From positions 1,770,001 through 1,802,000 of the forward strand of contig NC_003272.1 of assembly GCF_000009705.1 (NCBI RefSeq): a stretch of DNA of 32,000 nt, read 5' to 3'. Under the pieces are notes generated by a model. It was given only the letters and a program-made list of their open reading frames with translations, was not told the origin of the DNA and did not search any database. Positions 1 to 6,669 of the stretch are shown here, in pieces (within the stretch, counting starts at the first letter, position 1; every line of letters starts with the position of its first letter). Origin of the DNA: Nostoc sp. PCC 7120 = FACHB-418. GTDB taxonomy: Bacteria > Cyanobacteriota > Cyanobacteriia > Cyanobacteriales > Nostocaceae. Made by a program: the position numbers and the translations under genes.

Positions 1-461
1 ATGAACTTGCAGATATCCGCAATCAGTATATTGGCTTTGTGTTTCAACAATTCAATTTGTTGCCCCGATTAACAGCACTAGAAAATGTTATGCTGCCGAT
101 GATTTATGCAGATGTCCCTCGTTCGCAACGCCTGAAATCTGCGATCGCCGCCCTCGAAAATATCGGATTAGGCGATCGCTTAACAAATCGCCCTAGCCAA
201 CTTTCAGGAGGACAGCAACAGCGAGTAGCGATCGCACGGGCATTGGTGAATCATCCGGCTTTAGTGTTAGCAGATGAACCAACGGGGGCTTTAGATTCCA
301 AAACTTCTCACGAGATTATGAATCTGCTGACGGAATTAAATCAACAGGGAACTACGATCGCAATTGTCACCCATGATGCAACCGTAGCAGATCAGACAAA
401 GCGGGTGATTCAAATGCAAGATGGCGTGATTGTTGAAAGAGCGATCGCCCAACATTTCTAA
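1..461 (+). CDS. ABC transporter ATP-binding protein, C-terminal part (5' end outside window)
   Basis: The frame is open from nt 3 (ELADIRNQYIGFVFQQFNLL). It has the ABC signature LSGGQQQRVAIARAL, Walker B LVLADEPTGALD and H-loop VTHD. It is MacB/LolD/DevA-like. Confidence 0.9.
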   Translation, partial: ELADIRNQYIGFVFQQFNLLPRLTALENVMLPMIYADVPRSQRLKSAIAALENIGLGDRLTNRPSQLSGGQQQRVAIARALVNHPALVLADEPTGALDSKTSHEIMNLLTELNQQGTTIAIVTHDATVADQTKRVIQMQDGVIVERAIAQHF

Positions 462-508
462 CACCAGCATTGTTCTCTCGGAGGATTTTGCAGGGTAATT
501 AGTTTTAG

Positions 509-1048
509 TCAGGAGGCGATGGTCTTCGACCGACCGTAGGTCATCGCTTCTTTTGCGTTTTTCCAGCCCGCAAAGCTAGGTGGGAAACCTTGCACATTCT
601 CATAGCCTAATAGGTGTAGTGTCATTACCCCCATTGCTGATCGATAACCAGAGGAACAGTACAGCACCACGGGGCGAGTGCGGGGAATTTGATTCAGATT
701 TTGCGACAGGGTTCTTAGGGGAATATTAATTGCGTTAGGTATATGTCCAGCCCGATACTCAGAGGCTTCTCGCACATCTACTAACATGGGCTGAGACTTC
801 TTTAACAGGCTTTTTAACTCTTCGACAGTGGCGATCGTGTAATAACCTGCGGGAATCGAAGTGAGAAAACTATCAACTCCCGATTCCAGATTACGGGGTT
901 CAGATAGAGTTTGCATCCTGGGTTGAGAGATTGATTCAACTTGTGTGAGAGTTGCTGCTAGAGTTGGGTTTAGCCCAGCACCAAGCAAGAGGTAAAAACA
1001 CATAGCAAATCCCAGCAATATGGTCTGAATTAGTTTTTTACATATCAT
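509..1048 (-). CDS. Exported rhodanese-domain sulfurtransferase
   Basis: It has an N-terminal hydrophobic signal, the rhodanese motifs VDVREASEYRAGHIPNAINIPL and the active-site loop LYCSSGYRS. The ATG at 1048 is preferred over the TTG at 1060. Confidence 0.85.
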   Translation of the reverse strand: MICKKLIQTILLGFAMCFYLLLGAGLNPTLAATLTQVESISQPRMQTLSEPRNLESGVDSFLTSIPAGYYTIATVEELKSLLKKSQPMLVDVREASEYRAGHIPNAINIPLRTLSQNLNQIPRTRPVVLYCSSGYRSAMGVMTLHLLGYENVQGFPPSFAGWKNAKEAMTYGRSKTIAS

Positions 1049-1075
1049 ATAATTTTGCAATTGTAAAGTAGCAAG

Positions 1076-2074
1076 TCAATTAATTATGGTGTTGAATATG
1101 TAGCCGATGCTGATAATGCCAACGGTCATTAACCCGACAAATACAGCTAACAGTTGTGGTCGTAGCACTTTTTTGAGAATCACTATTTCAGGAAGAGATA
1201 GTGCTGTTACTGCCATAGTGAAAGCTAAAACTGTACCCATAGGCATTCCTTTATTTACTAAAGCTTCAGTAATCGGCATTACACCCGCAATATTCGCATA
1301 GAGTGGAACACCCAAAATTACCGCGATCGGCACTGCAAAAGGATTATTCGCACCTGCATATTTAACAATAAAATCTGTCGGCACATAACCATGAATCCCT
1401 GCACCGATCGCAATTCCACCCACCACATAAAGCCACACCGATCGCACAATTTCACTAGATTGGAATCTTCCTTGCTCAAATCTTTGTCCCCAGGTTAACG
1501 CCACTGGTTCTAGGTTGTCTTCCCCTTCTAGAGGTATTGCTTGACGAGATTTTTGCAATTCCCAAACAAATGGTTCTACCCATTTTTCTAATTTCAGGAG
1601 TCCAATAATGTATCCAGAGGCGATCGCTAAACCCACGCCAAAGCCGATGTAGATCAGTGTCACCTTTAACCCAAACAATCCCCATAAAAGGATAACAGCA
1701 ACCTCATTTACCATTGGTGCTGCCATCAGATACGAAAAAGTCACGCCTAAAGGTACACCTGCTTCCAAAAAGCCGATAAACAAAGGAACCGCAGAGCAAG
1801 AACAGAATGGTGTGACGATTCCTACCATTGCTGCCAAAATATTTCCGGCAAAAGTACGCTTTCCTTCTAGCAAAGAGCGAACGCGCTCTGGTTCTAAAAA
1901 GCTTTGAAATGTCCCAACAATAAAGCTAATTACAATCAGTAATGTTAAGACTTTTGGCACATCATAAAGAAAGAAGTGCAGACTCGATCCTAAATGCGAT
2001 GAAATCGACAAGCCCAAGATTTGAGTGACAATCTGGGTTGCCAACCAATCAAACGGATAAAACGGATCGAACAT
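1076..2074 (-). CDS. COG0701/ArsP-like permease (UPF0718 family)
   Basis: The protein is polytopic and carries the family-typical TPFCSCSAVPLF motif. It lies 12 nt downstream of the thioredoxin-like gene. Confidence 0.8.
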   Translation of the reverse strand: MFDPFYPFDWLATQIVTQILGLSISSHLGSSLHFFLYDVPKVLTLLIVISFIVGTFQSFLEPERVRSLLEGKRTFAGNILAAMVGIVTPFCSCSAVPLFIGFLEAGVPLGVTFSYLMAAPMVNEVAVILLWGLFGLKVTLIYIGFGVGLAIASGYIIGLLKLEKWVEPFVWELQKSRQAIPLEGEDNLEPVALTWGQRFEQGRFQSSEIVRSVWLYVVGGIAIGAGIHGYVPTDFIVKYAGANNPFAVPIAVILGVPLYANIAGVMPITEALVNKGMPMGTVLAFTMAVTALSLPEIVILKKVLRPQLLAVFVGLMTVGIISIGYIFNTIIN

Positions 2075-2086
2075 GAATTTGCCTCT

Positions 2087-2329
2087 TTAACGCTGCAATA
2101 GGGGCTGAATTTGTTCGGTACTGATTACTTGACCTTTGCTGACAACTTTGCCATTGATTGCCATAGCGGGAGTAGACATCACACCTCGTTTAGCAATTTC
2201 GATTGGGTCGGTAATATGTGAAACTTCAGCAATTAAATTGAGATTAGTTACAGCTTCTTTCGCATTTGCTTCTAGCTGTTGGCATTTTTTACAGCCTGTA
2301 CCCAAAATTTCAATCTTGATGGCATTCAT
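2087..2329 (-). CDS. Thioredoxin-fold redox-active disulfide protein 2 (MTH895-like)
   Basis: The 80-aa protein has an ILGTGCKKCQ CxxC motif. An AAGGAG Shine-Dalgarno lies upstream of the ATG. This is the usual partner of COG0701 permeases. Confidence 0.8.
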   Translation of the reverse strand: MNAIKIEILGTGCKKCQQLEANAKEAVTNLNLIAEVSHITDPIEIAKRGVMSTPAMAINGKVVSKGQVISTEQIQPLLQR

Positions 2330-2395
2330 GATATAACTCCTTTTTTGTATTCTCTAATTCAATTTTCTCTCTACTGAATCCAAGCGATCGCTTCG

Positions 2396-3100
2396 CTAAC
2401 GTTTCTTGATTGACCCCACGCCCCGCCCAGATTCCCGAACTTGAGGAGAGCCAATATACTCTATTGAACCCACGCCGGATACAGTCGCATCTAACTGCTG
2501 AGTGACATTAACCACAGCACTCCCCACGCCGCTATTGCGAACCGTCGCCTGCTTAGTCTGGAAATTTTCACCTTGGAAACTTCCAACCCCGGAAAGATCG
2601 AGTTCAAGCACATCGACACTGCCGGCGATCGTCATGCTACCCACCCCATCAAGGGAAATCGACAACTGTTTACCTTGGATATCGTTTATCTCAACACTAC
2701 CGACACCATCTATATTCAACCTCTCTAGGCTTTTCACCTCCACAACAAACTCAATGGGGTTGGTGGGATTCATATTTGTATCTTTTGCGATGGTGAGATA
2801 CAGAACCTTGTCAGCTACACGACTTTCTAGCAACGGTAGGATGTTGTCGTCGGCGGTGATCTTTAGGGACTCTTTTCCCGTCTGCTGTATCCTGACTTTA
2901 CCTACGGATTTACTAGAAATGGATGAGAATCCACCCACTTCTCTAGATTCGGTCTTAACTATTCCAGAGCCTCTCAGCCCACCCAAATTGAGATAGCAGC
3001 CTGTTAACAGGCTCAAAGTTGTTAAACACACAATCAAACCGTATGGCTTCGATCTCATTGTTTTGCCTGCTATATAAATCCTTAGTCGTTCACTTTTCAT
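2396..3100 (-). CDS. DUF2807 (GIN-domain, adhesin-head-like) lipoprotein
   Basis: It has repeated GSG/GVGS beta-strand units and a lipobox LLTGC. An alternative start at ATG 3058 (MRSKPYGLIVCLTTLSLLTGC) gives a textbook lipoprotein signal. Confidence 0.7.
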   Translation of the reverse strand: MKSERLRIYIAGKTMRSKPYGLIVCLTTLSLLTGCYLNLGGLRGSGIVKTESREVGGFSSISSKSVGKVRIQQTGKESLKITADDNILPLLESRVADKVLYLTIAKDTNMNPTNPIEFVVEVKSLERLNIDGVGSVEINDIQGKQLSISLDGVGSMTIAGSVDVLELDLSGVGSFQGENFQTKQATVRNSGVGSAVVNVTQQLDATVSGVGSIEYIGSPQVRESGRGVGSIKKR

Positions 3101-3105
3101 GCAAC

Positions 3106-3121
3106 AGCTTTCTAGAAAGCT
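3106..3121. promoter_or_regulatory. Perfect 16-bp palindrome AGCTTTCTAGAAAGCT
   Basis: I read it directly from the sequence. It lies immediately 5' of the long-ORF start of the DUF2807 gene. Its function is unknown; it could be an operator or an RNA hairpin. Confidence 0.3.
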
Positions 3122-3259
3122 TCTGGCTTAATACGAGGCGATTCTTGCGTTTTTTATAAGCCAAGTAACTAGCAATAATCATCAGAAATGCTGGAGCCGC
3201 AAGCCATAACCAGAAACCAGGAAGTAAAAAATCCGAATCGGTTCCATATCACTTCATCC

Positions 3260-3796
3260 TTAGACCCACCAGGGTTTCTTTCCAGTACGGGGATCAGTTT
3301 CCGTCCACGGCGAGATTAAAATGCTGTTATCAATCACTGCAACCTGGACAATTTTGAGCGGTAGAGGAGCCGGTCCACGCACCACCGACCCATCTGGGGC
3401 ATAGCGAGAACCATGACAGGGACATTGAAACTGCTGATCCAAGGGATTCCAGGGGAAGGTACAACCAAGGTGAGTGCAGTTATCTACAAGCCCAATACGA
3501 TCCAGGGTGTGATCTTCTTTGACAATCAGATAGGTGGGTTCTCCTGCCAAACCGGCAACCAGGGCGCGGGTTTGGGGCGGTTCAGCCAGAATTTGCGAGG
3601 CGGGGATTTGTTTCCCTAGAATATCCTTAGCCAGAATAGCACCTCCCGCTCCTGTTTTTTCTGCTGGAGCAATCAAGAATTTGCCAGCAGGATAGAGCGC
3701 AGCACCCGCAGTGACAGCAACAGTTGCTCCGGTAATAAAGTTAAGTAGTTGCCGTCTTGATAGGGATGGACTTTCGATTGGAATACTATTGTCCAT
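3260..3796 (-). CDS. petC4: Alternative Rieske [2Fe-2S] protein of the cytochrome b6f type (PetC4-like)
   Basis: It has the Rieske boxes CTHLGC and CPCHGS and an N-terminal RRQLL twin-arginine/TM anchor. The ATG at 3796 is preceded by AAGGAG. The longer 3889 start adds non-homologous residues. Confidence 0.85.
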   Translation of the reverse strand: MDNSIPIESPSLSRRQLLNFITGATVAVTAGAALYPAGKFLIAPAEKTGAGGAILAKDILGKQIPASQILAEPPQTRALVAGLAGEPTYLIVKEDHTLDRIGLVDNCTHLGCTFPWNPLDQQFQCPCHGSRYAPDGSVVRGPAPLPLKIVQVAVIDNSILISPWTETDPRTGKKPWWV

Positions 3797-3973
3797 TATG
3801 GGTCTCCTTAAAAATTGATGAGTGAATCCCTTTAAGAGACTGAAAAATAAAAAATATCCCAAATTCTCTTGTGGGATGGGTGTCCTCACTACGTGCCACT
3901 ACGCGAACACCTATCCCAGATTCAGGGCGGGTAGGATACCCCAGAAGATGGATAATTTATTTTTTGAAAGTCC

Positions 3974-4186
3974 TTAAAGTTGATCATTGATCTGGCTGGT
4001 ATGAATTCCCAGGAGGCTATAAAGACCGCAAAATCCTACTAAAGCTGTCACCAGCAATACGCTACCTGCAACGACAAGACCAATACCCAATCCGGTACTG
4101 TAGTACGGGAAAAGTCCTAGATAAAACAACGCTGAAGCCAACAACAGACGGATCAGGCGATCTAACGAACCAACATTCGTTTTCAT
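3974..4186 (-). CDS. DUF2892 (YgaP-type) small membrane protein
   Basis: MKTNVGSLDRLIRLLL...GFCGLYSLLG is typical of DUF2892. The ATG at 4186 has a GGAG upstream. Confidence 0.75.
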   Translation of the reverse strand: MKTNVGSLDRLIRLLLASALFYLGLFPYYSTGLGIGLVVAGSVLLVTALVGFCGLYSLLGIHTSQINDQL

Positions 4187-4204
4187 AACTGTAATCTCCA
4201 ATAT

Positions 4205-4254
4205 TGAATAGGCTACAAAACCCTTATAAAAATCTTGAATGGGCTGCAAAACCC
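4205..4254. promoter_or_regulatory. Two 19-nt direct repeats (TGAATAGGCTACAAAACCC / TGAATGGGCTGCAAAACCC) in a divergent promoter region
   Basis: The copies at 4205-4223 and 4236-4254 share 17/19 identity with 31-bp spacing. A third partial AAAACCCTT is at 4259-4267. They lie just upstream of the DUF2892/petC4 string. Confidence 0.35.
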
Positions 4255-4485
4255 CTAGAAAACCCTTGGTGCAATTATGCAAGAAGCAACCTCAAGGGAT
4301 GGCAATTTTTCCTTGTTTTCTCTTTCATTATAACTCCTAAACTACTAGGAATTTTTAATATCAAGAATTATATGTTTCTAGGACAATTCATACAATTTAT
4401 CCAGTATTAGAACATGATTTCAAACAACAGAATGTCATACTTTTTTGTGATTAATTCTCCATAGCTAATTTTGGAAATACTTATT

Positions 4486-4971
4486 ATGAGTTCAGAAACC
4501 TTAGCGGCGCTCAAGCCCTATCTCAGCTTTTTTCACCCTATTACTATGTGGATCTTGCTGGTCGTTGCGCTCTATGCGATGTACCTGGGTGTGCAAGTCC
4601 GACGGACGAGGCTGGCTAACGGAGATATCAAAAAAGAATTGGTGAAGGGTCGGTTTGCCATCCGCCATCACCAAATTGGTTCTATCCTCCTGGGGTTGAT
4701 GGTAATGGGTGCGATCGGGGGGATAATGGTAACCTACTTTAACAATGGCAAAATCGTGATTGGCCCTCATCTATTTGCTGGCTTAGGGATGGTGGGATTG
4801 ATTTCTACTTCTGCGGCGTTAGTTCCCTTTATGCAGAAGCATGACTGGGTTCGTAGCATCCACGTTTCGCTGAATCTTATTCTGCTGGGATTGTTTGGCT
4901 GGCAAGCTGTGACAGGGGTGCAAATTGTGCAGAAGATTTTGAGCCAAATGATGAAGAATGTTGCAGCGTAA
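4486..4971 (+). CDS. DUF4079 four-helix membrane protein (candidate b-type cytochrome)
   Basis: It has four TM helices. His residues open helices 1, 3 and 4 (H17, H95, H126) and lie just ahead of helix 2 (H61/H62). The ATG at 4486 is preferred over the TTG at 4471. Confidence 0.75.
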   Translation: MSSETLAALKPYLSFFHPITMWILLVVALYAMYLGVQVRRTRLANGDIKKELVKGRFAIRHHQIGSILLGLMVMGAIGGIMVTYFNNGKIVIGPHLFAGLGMVGLISTSAALVPFMQKHDWVRSIHVSLNLILLGLFGWQAVTGVQIVQKILSQMMKNVAA

Positions 4972-5020
4972 GTATTATTCACGCTACAGATTAAAGAGTT
5001 CTATTGAATGCAGATGTAAA

Positions 5021-5692
5021 TCAAAGATTTTCTGGGATAGGTTTTCTTGATTTGGATTGAATAATTCGTTGGGGTCGATTGAGAAACTTTAACTGTTCAA
5101 ACCAAAGCAGAGCGATCGCCCCACCGCCCAAACAAATTGCCAGGTCGATGGGGTGTAAGAAGGAGAAGCTAAACAATTGACGCAAAAATGGGACATAAAG
5201 CACGAGTGCGAGAAAAGCCAGTCCTCCACCAATCACCCACCAAAGGGCATTATTGGGGGATTTCCGTATTTTGAGGCTGAGGCGAGATGAAGAACTTTCG
5301 CTCAGAATTAGTCCTAAATTCGCTAAAATTAACGTCGTAAAAGTTAAAGCACGGGCATCAAGTTCGCCTTGTCTGCGATATAGTGCAACCACAAAGATGA
5401 CGAGAGCGATCGCTACACACAACAATAAAGCGATGCCAAATAAGCGACTCACCAACCGAGTCATTTCCTGTTGTAGGGGAGTCTGTTCTGGCTTGACTTT
5501 TTGCAAAGCCTTACCAATCTTGCCCATCTCCGTTTGAACGCCCACAGCTTGGACTTGAGCAATTCCCTGTCCTTGACCTACTAAGGTTCCAGAATATACA
5601 AAGGGCAACTCATCTCCCCCTGGACGTGCCATTTCCACGGTACCGGCAGCAGCAATTTTACGGACTGGTAAAGATTCGCTAGTTAATAATGC
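5021..5692 (-). pseudogene. P-type cation ATPase remnant with an internal deletion
   Basis: The frame reads LLTSESLPVRK...TEMGKIGKAL...TPLQQEM (A-domain/TM3 region). This is fused directly to C-terminal TM helices (ARALTFTTLILANL...YVPFLRQLF). There is no DKTGT phosphorylation or nucleotide-binding domain, and an upstream in-frame stop lies at 5693-5695. Confidence 0.75.
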
Positions 5693-6194
5693 TCAATGTC
5701 TGCACAAATTACTGATTAATAAGCTGATTTCCCAATAAAACATAAAACAGAAAATATTTCTTCTATCTTGCTAGGTAAATAAGTTAATTTTTTATCTACT
5801 ACCTTAAAATATTTTGATTTGATTATAAATTCATTAGCTTAAAATATAAGCCACAAATCCTGATGGCTTGTTGACACAATTTTTCTCAAAGAACGCGCTT
5901 CTTTTACATCCTCTTGATTGACAGTACGATACTCTCATAATTGCAGAACGGCGATCGCTTTCATCTCTCTGCACATTAAGGATGAGTTTCAAATATCAGT
6001 GGATAGCACTGATAAAATAGCTGCTACCTCGCTAATGATCTAAATATGCCAACGTTGACTGTTAAAACCCAATACCGTTCAGTTAAGGAATTTTTTGGTT
6101 AAAGCAGGTGCAACGATTCGTGAAAAATTCCACCATCAATAATGTGTACGCCCTTTGACGCAGATATTCATTAAACGTTGCAGAATCAGCCTTT

Positions 6195-6518
6195 TTAATT
6201 ATTTGATAGTGTAAACTTCTCTGAATAACAATTAAACCAACGTTCCCAATAGTCTTGTTTTTTTGTCAATTTCGCTATAACTCGGTTGTAGTTAGCAAAC
6301 CAGCCTTCCCAATAATCGCTAGGTACTTTAACGCAACCATCGCAAGTAGGACAACCAGCTTTACATTGTGGGACTGTGTAGACGGTATCAACGCAATTTG
6401 TACACAGTTCGGAGTCAATCCAGTGCTGTCCGTTTTCAGCGATTTTAATTGCACCAGTGGGGCATACAGACGAACAGAGCTTGCAGGAAATACATTGGCT
6501 GGTGATAGTGTAAGCCAT
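6195..6518 (-). CDS. fdxN: Bacterial-type ferredoxin FdxN, 5' segment interrupted near its 3' end
   Basis: It has the Cys clusters CISCKLCSSVCP, CTNC and CKAGCPTC, with AAGGAG before the ATG. It lies directly downstream of nifB. The last 7 codons (KFTLSNN) are probably element-derived. Confidence 0.8.
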   Translation of the reverse strand: MAYTITSQCISCKLCSSVCPTGAIKIAENGQHWIDSELCTNCVDTVYTVPQCKAGCPTCDGCVKVPSDYWEGWFANYNRVIAKLTKKQDYWERWFNCYSEKFTLSNN

Positions 6519-6536
6519 GATTATTCTCCTTGTTGA

Positions 6537-6585
6537 TTGGGGATTGGAGATTGGGGATTAGGTATCGGGGATTGGGGATTGGGTA
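6537..6585. repeat. STRR-type tandem heptamer array (7 x TTGGGGA-like)
   Basis: The units read TTGGGGA TTGGAGA TTGGGGA TTAGGTA TCGGGGA TTGGGGA TTGGGTA. They lie in the nifB-fdxN intergenic spacer. Confidence 0.9.
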
Positions 6586-6668
6586 ATTTGCCTAGTCCCC
6601 CCTTCGGGGTTCGCCAGTCGCTTATGGGGGAAACCCCCAAGACCGCGCTGGCTCACCAGTCCCTACTC
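6586..6668. repeat. Hairpin-rich short dispersed-repeat-like segment
   Basis: It contains CCCCTTCGGGG (6599-6609) and GGGGGAAACCCCC (6626-6638) mini-hairpins. The motif ...AAGACCGCGCTGGCTCAC... resembles small Nostoc intergenic repeats I recall. Family assignment was not verified. Confidence 0.4.
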
Positions 6669-6669
6669 C

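Larger units (their letters stand above)
1..6227. mobile_element. Terminal part of the fdxN developmental excision element (55-kb class, XisF-dependent); the rest lies left of the window
   Basis: The fdxN frame (minus strand) leaves ferredoxin-like sequence after ...NCYS. It runs into AT-rich non-coding DNA instead of nifS/nifU. The only GAATA in the ORF (TATTC on the coding strand) is at 6223-6227, and I recall TATTC as the recombination core. The boundary is inferred. Confidence 0.55.

Noticed and set aside
2502-2996. 164-aa ORF antisense to the DUF2807 gene
   Set aside because: It is the shadow frame of a repetitive Gly/Ser/Val-rich gene. Its S/T/P-rich composition is low-complexity.
3226-3231. 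Programmed -1 frameshift at the T6 run linking the ATG-3247 frame to the TM-peptide frame
   Set aside because: The TTTTTTA heptamer is in the wrong phase relative to the ATG frame for X XXY YYZ slippage. I saw no downstream pseudoknot. I kept it only as an open question about run length.
4204-4410. 68-aa ORF in the divergent promoter region
   Set aside because: It overlaps the direct repeats and the DUF2892 start region. It is AT-rich and has no supporting signals.
6537-6585. Could the heptamer arrays here, or at 15284 and 31958, be CRISPR-like?
   Set aside because: The units are 7 bp and contiguous, with no spacers. These are classic cyanobacterial STRR repeats.
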